Shown: in pieces, positions 35,785-47,134 of the stretch
Layout of the letters: each line of letters opens with the position of its first letter
Position numbering within the stretch: the stretch's first letter is position 1
Assembly (NCBI GenBank): GCA_010405405.1
Contig: MU004230.1
Span: forward strand, 1,150,627 to 1,214,626
Length of the DNA: 64,000 nucleotides
Direction: 5' to 3'
DNA from: Microthyrium microscopicum
Lineage: Eukaryota
Translations under genes and position numbers: made by a program
Notes under the pieces: model-generated
The model's database searches: none
What the model saw: the letters and a program-made list of their open reading frames with translations, nothing else
What the model was told of the DNA's origin: nothing

Positions 35785-37216
35785 TCAAACAGCCTTGGGT
35801 TCCGTCCCATCCTGCACTCTGGCCTCTTCAGGAACATCCTCTGCTACAGGCTTTCGCCCCCAGACGACAATCATATCCATCATAGGTCGGATTCTAGTCT
35901 GTACCAACTCATCAACAGCCAGACAAAGCAGCGCCTCAGTATCTTCGCCCGTCCACCCTAAGCGGTCTAGCATTCTTGGAGCAGCAGCTCGAATCCCGTC
36001 AACCCAGTTGTCCATATTCCACGCCCCCAACTTTTTGCTCTTCGCATCTTCCATCCACGGCCCAATCGCAATCCGCCGTGTCTCCTCTGTGACGTCCACA
36101 AAACCCGCCTCGCGCAGCCAACCCGAATATCTTGGTGCGATGGTCCAGGGCCTGCCAGCACGCTCAGCCGATTCTAGTAGCAGCGAGAACAATCGCACAA
36201 AAGCCGAGTCTCGCGGTGGTGTGCGGCCGTATTGTAGTGGGAAGACGCCGTCCTGAAACTCGATGTATCCGCCAGGGGTAGTAGCAGCGTAGGCGGATCG
36301 TATTACAGCGGCTGGGTTAGCGAAGCAGGTTACGACTGCGCGCAGATGGATGTAGTCGAACGATTGACGAAAAAGCCATTCATCCTCGGCATCGTCGACC
36401 TCAAAAGTTAGGTTAGGTGGGACCCTGTGAGCTTTTAGGGACATGTAGGAGTAGGGTGCGGATGAGCTACATGTCTGGCTGTATCGGTGATAAGTCTGTG
36501 CCTATTACATTCGTGTCTGGATACTTGTCCGCTGGACAGGTCAGCCAATGAATCAGCAGATAAGGGTTCACAAACCGAACTCGACGGCCCATAGACCAGT
36601 TCCTAAAAATGGTCAACAGCAAGATGGCATGGCGTGTGTATGTTTCCTACCAGTAGCAACGTCTAGCACATTGTTAAGTTGTATGGATTCAATAGGCGCA
36701 AGCGCTAATTGGCCATCAAGATGTTGCTTCAGAATCTGGTGTTGTCTATCTACACTTATGTAAGTAAAGCCGAAGTATTTGATTTAGGTTAACCTACCTA
36801 ATCGATCCTGTTCCTTCTAGAAAGCCTAAGATCAACAATCATCATTTGATATCGAATGGGGCACCTACTTCGTCATTGGGTAGGACATACTCTGAAACCA
36901 TCAGTGAAAAAAACCATGAAACATGAAGATAACGCACTGCCATCTTTGTATGCATGATAAGTCCTGCCATGTTCTTGAACATGGTTGTACAAACTTGATC
37001 TCACACTCGTCAGGGAGGACCTGCAAACCGGTCAGTCATCCTCATGGTCTGACTGAGTTTTAGGTCAACATACGCAAAGTCAGAATCTTCGCCATCGAAT
37101 GTAGAAGTGCTGTCACCATAAGCGCTGCTTTTGACGGCCTGTACTTCTTGTGCAAACACAGCTTGCTCTGGCTTGAGTGATTCAACGATTCTATCTGGAA
37201 ATTGGGTGTCCGTCAT
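35785..37216 (-). CDS. LaeA-like class I SAM-dependent methyltransferase, 8 exons
   Basis: Spliced: EHGRTYHAYKDGKYVLPNDEKEQDRLD.QH...VLDVATGTGLWAVEFADKYP...GTDLSPIQP...PPNLTFEVDDAEDEW...FDYIHLR...PGGYIEFQD; all 7 introns are GT-AG and keep the frame. Confidence 0.9.
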
Positions 37217-38052
37217 TTTCGAAAATACTGGAGGAAAAGCACGCAAAACTGAATTATAGAAGCGATATATGCCCGACTCTTTGGTTTGATTGGGAATGTA
37301 TTTCAAATACTCTCGAAACGCCCGGATCATGTCTGCCGTTACATGGACGTTCGTGTAGCCGTTGAGCCATGCTGCTCGCCTCCCAAGTCAATGCAAACGC
37401 TACTCTGGCTTGACCGCCTGGAAATAGCAAATAACAATAAGAAGATATCTAAAGCATTCATCGCTGTTCCATCGTTCTCCTTCAAACTTCCTCCCAACGA
37501 TCATTATCGCTGTTCTTCTGCATGGAAGACCTTCGACTCGAGAGCTATTGTGAGTCACTTCATAGTTTATCAATGTTGTAAGACCATTCGTATCGTGTGC
37601 AACTCTGATGTCTCATTTTGATCCATGTTTGTATCGCTCAATGGGGTCACCGAAGCATGCGGCGAGACTGCTGCATTTGTGATTGGTGAGCTATCGACGG
37701 GCCACGGTTTTTGTGCCACACAAATCATGTTCGCATGAAAGCGGCTCCAGCGCCGCCCAGATTATAAGGAGTTTGGAATAGATGTGAAGACGGCCTCTCG
37801 GGGTGATATAAGAGCGGTCCATAGCAGGTTCAAAGGTATATGCGTACACTGCCAGACATATACTGGTACTGATAGACTGAAGTTCCCATCACCTTCAATC
37901 ATAGGTACTCCATTCACTTTAAACAGTCAAACTTACTCAAAACCGCTCTAGCTCGGTCCACCTGCCACGTTCTAGTAAAATGGCAGGCGCAAGGCTGAAG
38001 TGGGGTCACTCAGCCTTATCGCTGGAGCTAATTTTCTGGGGAAAATGAACAA

Positions 38053-38058
38053 CCGAGG
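38053..38058. promoter_or_regulatory. Candidate FarA/FarB (CTF1-type) fatty-acid response site CCGAGG (= CCTCGG)
   Basis: Hexamer about 146 bp upstream of a peroxisomal enoyl-CoA hydratase ATG. Confidence 0.45.
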
Positions 38059-38203
38059 TCGGCCAATGCGGACAATGATTCCCTTCATCAACACCACCAC
38101 CTAATTCTCCAAGCCCTCTAAACATCATCCTCTCCGCACTGTCAATCGCAAATTACCTACCAACAGGAACTTCACCGCATCACAATCCTACAACCCGCCC
38201 AAC

Positions 38204-39084
38204 ATGGCTGACCAACTCACCAACCAACCGCCATCCGTCACAACCTACAAGCTCTCATATCCCGCACCCCATGTCCTCCTCATAACCATCAACCGTCCCA
38301 AACAAATGAACTCCATCCCCGTCCTCGGCCACTGGGAAGCCGATTCACTCTTCACCTGGTTCGACGAGGAGCCCAGCCTACGCGTTGCCGTCATCACTGG
38401 CGCGGGCGACAAGGCCTTCAGCGCTGGTGCTGACCTGATAGAAGCGGGGAAGACACGAGGTGCAGGAAAGGCCCAGGCGCCGGTGCCGTTAAGTGGATTT
38501 ATGGGTGTGTCGAGACGTGTGGGCAAGAAGCCGATTATTGCTGCTGTCAATGGATTTGCGCTCGGCGGTGGATTCGAAATCTGTCTTGGATGGTAAGTGC
38601 AACAAATTTAGGCAGTGGTTGGAGGGGGCTAATTATGATTAGTGATATGATTGTCGCATCGCCCAAGGCACAATTTGGTCTCCCAGAAGCGCTGCGTGGT
38701 CTATATGCGGGCGCTGGTGGTCTGTCGCGACTTGTTCGCTTGGTGGGCTTGACGCAGGCATCGGAGATTGCACTGACTGGCAAGCGTTTGAGCGCGGAAG
38801 AGGCTGTTGCGCGTGGTGTGGCCAACAAGGTGTCCAAGACTCACGAGTCGGTCGTTGAGGAGGCCATTGAGATGGCCACGCTGATTGGCGAGCTATCTCC
38901 AGACGCCGTCATCGTCACAAAGCATGGTCTTCGTCAAGCATTGGAGACCGCGAGTGTGGAGCGTGCTAGCCAGTTGACGCAAGAACGGTATGGGTATGCG
39001 CTCTCGCAGGCTCCCAACTTCCGCATCGGATTGACGGCGTTTGCTCAGAAGCAAAAGCCCAACTGGGTCGCTTCTAAGCTATGA
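38204..39084 (+). CDS. Peroxisomal enoyl-CoA hydratase/isomerase (crotonase family), 2 exons
   Basis: AFSAGADL, KPIIAAVNGFALGGGFE, intron 38593-38642, FGLPE; C-terminal PTS1 -SKL. Confidence 0.92.
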
Positions 39085-39355
39085 GAAGCGTGCAATTGGA
39101 AAGGATAGGTGTCAATGTTCATGTATAGCGGAATTATGTAGGAAAAAGCCACGTTATAACGACCACGGCAGCATGTGTATATAAAACAAATCAACTGTCC
39201 AAAACAAGGTCGTGGAACTTTCAATTTGCGCGAATCAGAATTATGCGGAGTCTCAGCATTTACATCAAGCTGCATTGCATCGAAGACCGGATAGGATCTA
39301 TGATAGAACATATGTAGTCTTATATTCAAACTATGATTCAAGAAAGTCTAATGTA

Positions 39356-39776
39356 CACTGGTTTGCGAAATGTGGTGCGCTCTCACCCTCCCCCTACTAT
39401 GTGTAAATTGCTAGAATTTTTAGGAACCCACCAATCACACGTAGAATAGCCTGTGGAATTGGAATATGTGAAACTCTGGTTATCAAGAGTACTATTTACT
39501 AACTAGGAAGTTTAGTGCTGAATTCGATCGTTAGTATACCAAACGTTGGTGGTTTGTTATGTTCTAGTAACCATAATAATCAGCTTCTTCCACCAAATTG
39601 GCACACTAAATCTTCCATACCGCTTCATAATTTGGAACACTTATTGTGATAGTTGAAAATAGCGCGCTTTTCTACCTCCCGAAGCTGCAGGCAATTTTAC
39701 GTGTGATTGGTGGAATTCTGTAAAAATCGACATAGTAGGGGGAGGGTGAGAGCGCACCACATTTCGCAAACCAGTG
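39356..39776. mobile_element. MITE (non-autonomous Tc1/mariner-type), 421 bp, perfect 47-bp TIRs, TA target-site duplication
   Basis: TA|CACTGGTTTGCGAAATGTGGTGCGCTCTCACCCTCCCCCTACTATGT at 39356-39402 and its exact reverse complement at 39730-39776 followed by TA; AT-rich non-coding interior. Confidence 0.92.
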
Positions 39777-39837
39777 TATCAACCCAAGGCCAACGCTATG
39801 CAATATTTACAAAGATATCATACTTACTAGAAGAAAA

Positions 39838-41736
39838 TTATAGTTCATCCCGATGGGGAATATATATACTCCAACCTCGCTCACCAGCTTGTAAGCCGAC
39901 GAAAGAGTGCCAGAAACGAACAAATTCCCATTTCACAATGTGCCACGCTTTCTGGGGGAAGGCTAACCACGAGCCGATGATGTATCGAAAGACGCGGTAC
40001 ACAAGTCCAAACTCCTCACGGAAGATCTCCATGATACTCATGTCTGGATCGTTCCGGCGATTGAAGTTGGGATAGTCATCTGCCTCGTCTTCAGCATCAG
40101 AAACTGTCTGAAGTTTCGGCCTTTCTGGTCGTGATTTTTCAGAGGCATTTTGCTTTGGAGCAGAGTTGGTTACATTTGGCGTAGAAGAGGATTCTTCAAT
40201 CTGACTTCTGAAGTATTGAAGGGCGCTTAGACTATTACTGACTTTGCCCAGGGTATTCATAAGAGCAACAAGCTCTGTACGACGTAGAGGCGGGTTGTTC
40301 CTGGGATTCTTCTCGTCAAACTCAAAGAGAATTTTCAATGCGGTGCCGTAACCGTTAGTTTGTAGCTTGCCCCAAAGACGACATTTATCGCAGCCCACGC
40401 AATCCATGACCCGGCTGATGTTGCGAAATCGCTGCTTGAAGTCTTCCTTGAGGCCAATAGCATCTGGCGATTGAAACATGATGCTTTCATCAAAGATCTC
40501 GCCACTGCTCTTGACAGTGTCGGAAAGTGCAACGACCAACATCTTCGTACGCGCATTCTGTGATGGATCCGCCGAACAGAAAGTGTAATCTTTCAGACTC
40601 TTGTTGATCTTTCCAACTGCTCTTAGGAGCAGGGCGTAGTTGAAGTAAAGGTTGGATATTCTCTCAGGATGGTCGAGTACTCGTGACTTGAAGCATTCGG
40701 CATTCGGTCCCCACTCTCCAGTGGTCTGGTTGAGAAAGTCGTAGCATAAATGAGTCGAGATTGATGCGTGCATCCCACTGACAACTCTATGGAAGACACG
40801 CTTTTCAACGCACTCTTGGTCAAATTCGAGCTGGTCGATTGGTTGCATGGACAGTCCGTTTGCAATCGCGTCCTTGACTCCTTGTTGCATGCTTCCTTCC
40901 TTCATTACGGAGAAAAGATCATTCGCAGCCTGCGCCTGAAATGGATTCTTTGGTCCGAAGGATGGTGGCATGGAGGTTGACTCCTGATTCTTGGCTGGTT
41001 TCGAAAAACAGTTCTCGCGATAGATTGCTCCCCAAACTTGCTGAGAGCTTGGTCCAGAGTAACCAGTAAACCGTTCAGGGTTATCGGTCAAGCTAACATA
41101 GTCGCCTTTGCTAGTCGCACGTTCGTCCTCTGGAACACAATAGTCTCGCTCGTCGCATTCGTCATCGTATTCCACCACGCAACTTTCGCCAACATCCTCG
41201 CCAAGTTGACCTTGTAGTGGCTTTTGCGGAGCTCTTTCTTTTTGAAGTTTCTTCCCAGGATGTTCTGCTTTTGGACCTTGCAGCTTTCCTAGTTCCTCTG
41301 CGCGCCATGATAATGGTATATCCTCCTCGTTTTCTATTGTATTAACAGCACAGGCTATGTTTCCGCACGTTCCGCTTTCGTCCGTCCAGAAAGGGCACTT
41401 TTTATTGTACAAGTTGAGGCGATAATGTGAAAAGAAATCGGTATGTAGTGTGACTGCTTGAAGTTGTTGGCTCAGCGCAGCATTGATGGAGTCGAGGGAG
41501 GAGTAGGAGACGCATGCATCGGATACGATAGAATTAGGTTCGTACTGGAAGCCAACAGTGTAAGTATTCTGACCAGCTTGAATGGTAGCGGGAGGCGGCG
41601 GAGTTCGCTTTTGCACACTTACAGCGCAGACATCTGAGCCTGTCCCTGCTTGCTTGCCATTGCTGCTTTCCGCATGCGCCGAACTACCCCACAGCGCAAA
41701 GACTGCGAGGTAGAAGACTTGTCTTGCGGATCGCAT
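39838..41736 (-). CDS. ERO1: ER oxidoreductin 1, 2 exons
   Basis: Signal peptide, CPFW, DNPERFTGY, VSGMHASISTHLC, MDCVGCDKCRLWGKLQ, C-terminal RDEL; in-frame intron 41545-41622. Confidence 0.95.
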   Translation of the reverse strand: MRSARQVFYLAVFALWGSSAHAESSNGKQAGTGSDVCAVSVQKRTPPPPATIQAGQNTYTVGFQYEPNSIVSDACVSYSSLDSINAALSQQLQAVTLHTDFFSHYRLNLYNKKCPFWTDESGTCGNIACAVNTIENEEDIPLSWRAEELGKLQGPKAEHPGKKLQKERAPQKPLQGQLGEDVGESCVVEYDDECDERDYCVPEDERATSKGDYVSLTDNPERFTGYSGPSSQQVWGAIYRENCFSKPAKNQESTSMPPSFGPKNPFQAQAANDLFSVMKEGSMQQGVKDAIANGLSMQPIDQLEFDQECVEKRVFHRVVSGMHASISTHLCYDFLNQTTGEWGPNAECFKSRVLDHPERISNLYFNYALLLRAVGKINKSLKDYTFCSADPSQNARTKMLVVALSDTVKSSGEIFDESIMFQSPDAIGLKEDFKQRFRNISRVMDCVGCDKCRLWGKLQTNGYGTALKILFEFDEKNPRNNPPLRRTELVALMNTLGKVSNSLSALQYFRSQIEESSSTPNVTNSAPKQNASEKSRPERPKLQTVSDAEDEADDYPNFNRRNDPDMSIMEIFREEFGLVYRVFRYIIGSWLAFPQKAWHIVKWEFVRFWHSFVGLQAGERGWSIYIPHRDEL

Positions 41737-44027
41737 AGTGACTAATGCAGTAGGATTCTAGATAGAGACTCAAATGTCAGCGCATGTTCTGCAGCGATTG
41801 TATGCGACAGATGGAGATAAAAATGCTATAAAGCGCAAATACAGAGATCGTGGCATTTGAAGGTGCATGGGAGAAACAATACCTTCTTAAGACACCAGCT
41901 GTGTCAAAGAGGCCAAGTCACGGACTTGGGGTTCAATAATCTATATCTGTCACTCTTTAAAGTGCCGGTGATAAGGCCGGGTTCTGGACTTGTAATGTGG
42001 GCCAAATATAGAAACTATCAAAGAGCATTTCAAGCGCAGAAGACATGGAAGAAAAAGGTGTAGCCAAGAAGAGGATTAAAAGGAGGATTGTGTTGTACCA
42101 GTGGGAGAGGCGATGAAGTGGTGAAGTTGGCATCTGACGATTGCTGTCCCAAAGCGGAAGGGGAGAAAACACGTTGCGGCACTTGTTAGCTTCGAGGCTT
42201 GGCTTGGCATCCACTCCTTTTCTTTGTTGATGACAATCAAGATCCTGACAACCTGATCCTGATCCTGCCATTGTCATTGGCCTTTGTCTCTCAAAATGGT
42301 CAGACTTCCATCTGATTATCTGGTTACTTCTACTTGATTATTAAACTACCCCGATAATGCTTACCTTATAGAGCACCATACCTATATTTGTCCCAAATTT
42401 GGTCTCTGTGAGCTCTTACATGAAGCTATGGCCATTGCCACTGTCCAAAACAGATAGAGGATTGCAAGCTGGCTTCATGACCAAACCACACATAGTATTT
42501 TACTATTTCAACTCATCGTCATATGAAAGTCGGCCATTTTCTTCGTACAGAAGTCGCGGAAGTTGCCATTGATTCGATCTTCCACCAATCCCAGCACCAT
42601 CTTTGAACATTCTGACATTCTTTTGACTACAGCCGCAGAGAGGAAAAGCTCGTGTTGTTAAAATGAACATCTGCCTGACGGATATATGTCTGGATGCGAG
42701 GATATCAAAAGAGTGGCTTAGAAGTACAAGTATGTTCCCCTTGACCCGCGAAGTCACTGTAACATCCAGAATTCCTTGAAAGTGTGAAGCGCTCAAGATG
42801 ACTACGGGAGCGATGAGCCCGATAGAAAAGATACTTGTAGATTGGATATGGGGGTGAGTAGATAACCTTGAGCCTGGCCTGACTGATGCTCCGAAACGGA
42901 GGCGCTCTGTTTTGTCTTTACACCAATCAAAATACTCAAAATTTGTCGTCTCCCAGCTGTCATTTGACAGCGTTTCAAACCTCGAAACATTTGGCCGCCC
43001 GTCCATGAAAAGGCAAGTTCAAAAGTTCAATGAAGTTGAAATTAGCGCTTTCTCCTGCTTCCCCTTTTCATATCCTATCATCCCTCTCGGCCTTGTGTCA
43101 ACCCGTACACTTTTGATTTGGATTACGACCACTTCCAGAAATACCTTGCTATCAATTGCGCAAGACATGGTTAGCCAACAAGAATCTCCAAGTCAGTCAA
43201 GCAGACCTTGTGTTCATGCTGGTTCAATGTTGGAATGCACATGACAAAAGTTATAGCGAAATACAACAATCATGACGACTCGCAGTTATGTATGACTGAT
43301 CAAGAACACTTGGAGACAGTTGTCCCTGCAATGATCCTGAGCGTACTTTACAATGAAAAAGTCCTGAATCAACAGCTTTATTTTGGTCCTAGGCAAATAT
43401 TCCTTTGTTCGGAAGGGTAAAGGCCGACGTAAGTTCAAACATCCCCTCAATCATGACCCTTGATTCCACCATCCCCGGTACAGCCCATTTGCTCCAACAG
43501 GCGACAAAAAAGAAGCGCTGTCAATGAGCAAGCTCATCGGATCGCCTGTATTCCCATGCAGCCGGCCTTGGCCGCTTAGTCCAAACGGAACCCGAGCATC
43601 ATTGCATCTCCCGTCAATCTTCCTGACCAATGACCTGACTGCGTCTGTGTTTCGAGGTATGCAAACACCACTTTCTATCCTCTGTAGGCCTCCCATTCAT
43701 CTCGAGGAATACATCCTGTATGCTGGTCGTTCGCTATTCTATGAAACTGTGGAACTGGGAGAAGTATGAATTCTTATGAGGTGGCTGTGATGAAAGGCCT
43801 CCCATCATCAAACATGGTTGTTTATATGGAAGCCATCTGCCCAAGATCTCTTTTCTAACCTCTTCGTCTTCGTTTTGCCATTTGCTATAGTTCGCTGTTG
43901 ATTTCTCAAGTACATTCGTTTCTTTGCCGCACGGTCGGTTTACCTTACTCAAACATCCTCTGTGAGGACCAATATCATATTCAACGTCGTCGAACTTTTC
44001 CAATATCACATTACTTACATCTTCAAC

Positions 44028-44765
44028 ATGAAGCTTCCAACATGTCTTCTCCTTGCTTTGGCATCATCAGCTCTCGCCCTACCCCAAGATCAAAACATGC
44101 AAGAAAGCTTTCCCCTCGGGAGTTCAGGAACAACCTCCCTCAGTGGTCCAGAGGCAGCCGCAGCCACCGGTAGTCCGGAGTCGAGCACTGGCAGCCCAGA
44201 GTCAAGCACACTCAGCCCAGAATCAAGCACACTCAGCAACGAAGCCTCATCACCAGCCGCTCAAGTAGGGAGTACCGTCATTGAGTCCGTCACCGGTGCA
44301 CCATCTTCGCCCCAAGCAACTGGCTCCAGCCCATCAGGTTCAGTCGCTGGCCAGAAAGCAGTCGTCACCATCATGGTAGCCGGTGTAGCCAACCGAGTCA
44401 ATGGTTCCGCGGGAGGTATGGCCGCAGCCGCAGCCGGAAACAACTCAGGAGGAGGACTCGTCGTCAACGCTGCGCCTTCACAGCTGGCTTCAACAATCAG
44501 CATTGGAACCGGAGGAGCAGGTGCTCCCGCTGCCGCTGCTACTGGCGCCAGTGGAAGCGGTGCTGCGGCCGCTGGAGCTGCTGGTGCATCAGTTACTGTG
44601 CCTGTAGCAGGTGGAGCAGCGTCTGCGGTCGCTGGTGGAAATGGCTCAGCAACTTCAAGCGCCCTAGTGGCTCAACAAACAACGAACGCTGCATTCAAAC
44701 ATGCTGTTGTCTCGTGGACTTCTTGGGCTGCTCTCGCTGGTCTTGTCGGTCTGATAGTAGCGTGA
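44028..44765 (+). CDS. Ser/Ala/Gly-rich GPI-anchored cell-surface protein
   Basis: Signal peptide MKLPTCLLLALASSALA, low-complexity body with (G/L)SPESST repeats, omega-like TNAA and hydrophobic C-terminus. Confidence 0.85.
   Translation: MKLPTCLLLALASSALALPQDQNMQESFPLGSSGTTSLSGPEAAAATGSPESSTGSPESSTLSPESSTLSNEASSPAAQVGSTVIESVTGAPSSPQATGSSPSGSVAGQKAVVTIMVAGVANRVNGSAGGMAAAAAGNNSGGGLVVNAAPSQLASTISIGTGGAGAPAAAATGASGSGAAAAGAAGASVTVPVAGGAASAVAGGNGSATSSALVAQQTTNAAFKHAVVSWTSWAALAGLVGLIVA
44169..44240 (+). repeat. 21-bp coding tandem repeat (GSPESST GSPESST LSPESST LSN)
   Basis: Visible in DNA as (c)agcccagagtcaagcacact-like units. Confidence 0.75.
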
Positions 44766-45301
44766 ACATAGAGGCTATGCAACGGTGGATGAGGTTTACA
44801 TCGATGCTCAGTTGGGGAGTATACAGCCGGGCTGGTTATGGAGTTACGCTTCGCAAGAACGAAGTATATTATTATTGTTTCTCACCCAAGGACGATCTGA
44901 CTCAAAATGGTATTGCCATTCTCAAGTCATGATTGAACTTACAGCCACATTTGACTCGGAAGAGTTGGCCTTACATTGTACTATTAACATAAATACAACA
45001 CATTACTTTACAATGACATGTTCTCCTGTGCTTACACATATCTCCCCATGAACATAGGGACTGCCTCTTCAGACAGATATCTGCTGACGAAGGAATAGAG
45101 GTAGATATCGGCCAATGGGTGAATAACAAAGAAAAAAAATGATACGAATCAGACGCTATGATTTTCGACTCCAGCAAATGCCACTACAAGCTATGACTAT
45201 TCTAATACATACAAAGGGGTATCGTCGCTTTTGCTACAACTTTAAATCAACTTGGTACCAACATAAGAAATGGCTGTCCGCACGGAATCTAAGCAAGCAG
45301 A

Positions 45302-47134
45302 TCATTCGACATCATCTTCAACCGATACGGGAGGTGGCATGATAGCCAGCGCTTGAGTTCCGAACATTCTTTTGTATGCCTCATTCTCTTCAATCAAACT
45401 TCGATTGAGTCGCTCCTGAAGGCTGACGAAGCCTCTCATCTGATCGTTGCAGTAATCTCTGTGGTGTTTTCTCAGCTCTTCAAGCTGATCTTCATGAGCC
45501 TTCGAGAGCTCCGTCCTCTCGTTGTTGTATTCGGCCTTGATCTTCTCTTTCATAACCTCTTCAGTGCGGCCTAGAGCATCCAATTTACTCTGCGCCTCCG
45601 CCAACTTGGCCTCCAGCTCCTCCTTCTCTTTTTTCGCTACTGCTTCAACATCACCAACATCTTGGCTCGCTTTGTTCTCCAATTCCTCTCTCAAACTCTT
45701 CATATCACGCTCGTACCGCTCCCTCTCTCCATCAACCTTCCCTTGCTCTGCCACAATCCTCTCATTCAACACCTTCTTAACACCACTCATATCCGCTCCA
45801 AACTGCCTCCTCATAGCCTGTGTCTCCCTCTCCGCCTTCTCCCCCATCTGCATCTTGACATCCCTTACGGCCCGCTCCCTTTCCTCCGCCCCACTCTTGA
45901 CCAACGCCGCCTTCTCCACCACATGCGCCTCATTAACCTTCAACAGCCGCTTCTCACTCTCCTCCAGCGCTTTGAGACGTAACTCCGCCATCTCAGCCCT
46001 TTCCTCCGTCTCCCTCACCACCATCTCCATCTCAGCAACTTTCGTCCTCCCCTCCTCAATCTGTGCCCTTAACCCACTAACCTCCGCCGCCCGTTCGCGC
46101 GCATCCTGCTCCAGTTGTGCCATAAGTCCAGCAATAGTCTCATCCTTACTGCGCACCATTTCCGTCAACTGTGTCTCCAGACGCCGCCGGACTTGATCGC
46201 GGACTCCCAGCGCGCCATTGACGTCTTTGAATTTGCTGAGGAGGAGACTGAGGTCTGGAATCGCACTGCTGATGCGGCCGAGTAGTTCATCGCCTCCTCC
46301 ATCTTCCGCGGGCTCAGCGTGGTCCTCGGCGGGGATGATGGCGGAGTCTCGTGCCGCTTTACTGGGGACGCGTTTGCTGGGTGGTTTAGGGCTCTCGTTT
46401 GGACGCCGTCGGTGGCGGACTTGCATTGCTGCGGAACGGGTTGGTGCGGGCGTGCTGGTGCTGCGGGCTAGAGACTTGCTTTTCGTGGGTGCTTTGATGT
46501 TCTTGGATTGGCGGGTGGTGCGGGTGGGTGGGCGCCGGGAGCGGGTTTCTGTTTCTGTGTCGGAGGGTTCGCTGCCGTGGTCGGAGGAGGTGGTGGCGGA
46601 GATGACGCTGTCTTGGTCGGAGAAGATGACGCGGGATTGACTGCGTTGGTGGTGTTGTGGTGGAGGTCGTGGCATGGTGGTGGGTGGGATGAGGGCCTGG
46701 CGGTGCTTGTCGTCGAACATCATGGGATGCTCCATCATTGGGTGTTGCTCCATGGTTGCGGCAGCGGCATGGTGCATGAGGTATGGGTCGTAGGGTGGAT
46801 ACATGGTGTCTGGATTGGCGTAGGTTGGTGAGAAACCGCCGGGTGGAAGGAGGAAAGGGTTGATGTCGTGTGGTAGATCTGGTACGTCGGGCATGGAAGG
46901 ATATGAGTTGTGTGTGTTGATGGTTGAGGAAAGGGATGGTGAGAGTTCTGGAGAGAGATATTGTGAATCGTCGAGTTCACTGCCAGTTTCTGAGCCGGTG
47001 TAGCTTGATTCGGTGAGAGTGGGTGTATCAAGGAATTCGGGATCTTGATATTTCTTTGGGGAACGAGATGCTCGTACAGACACAAGGCCGTTCTTGGGAT
47101 GCCGTGCAACTTTCCGTCCTGGTAGAGATGGCAT
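45302..47134 (-). CDS. Hypothetical protein, 610 aa: disordered Pro/Ser N-half, long coiled-coil C-half
   Basis: Uninterrupted ORF; E/K/R/A-rich heptad-like region after LLGRISSAIPDL. Confidence 0.8.
   Translation of the reverse strand: MPSLPGRKVARHPKNGLVSVRASRSPKKYQDPEFLDTPTLTESSYTGSETGSELDDSQYLSPELSPSLSSTINTHNSYPSMPDVPDLPHDINPFLLPPGGFSPTYANPDTMYPPYDPYLMHHAAAATMEQHPMMEHPMMFDDKHRQALIPPTTMPRPPPQHHQRSQSRVIFSDQDSVISATTSSDHGSEPSDTETETRSRRPPTRTTRQSKNIKAPTKSKSLARSTSTPAPTRSAAMQVRHRRRPNESPKPPSKRVPSKAARDSAIIPAEDHAEPAEDGGGDELLGRISSAIPDLSLLLSKFKDVNGALGVRDQVRRRLETQLTEMVRSKDETIAGLMAQLEQDARERAAEVSGLRAQIEEGRTKVAEMEMVVRETEERAEMAELRLKALEESEKRLLKVNEAHVVEKAALVKSGAEERERAVRDVKMQMGEKAERETQAMRRQFGADMSGVKKVLNERIVAEQGKVDGERERYERDMKSLREELENKASQDVGDVEAVAKKEKEELEAKLAEAQSKLDALGRTEEVMKEKIKAEYNNERTELSKAHEDQLEELRKHHRDYCNDQMRGFVSLQERLNRSLIEENEAYKRMFGTQALAIMPPPVSVEDDVE

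Noticed and set aside
31733..39084. AA9, MscL-like, methyltransferase and crotonase as a secondary-metabolite cluster
   Set aside because: No backbone enzyme (PKS, NRPS, terpene synthase), transporter or cluster transcription factor in the window
42503..43006. 167-aa minus-strand ORF
   Set aside because: No recognisable motif, composition or splice partner; cannot be supported as a gene
45353..46831. Several long plus-strand ORFs up to 224 aa
   Set aside because: Antisense shadows of the 610-aa coiled-coil gene; the same applies to shadows over erdS, FHIP, GH16, GRX4 and AMD1
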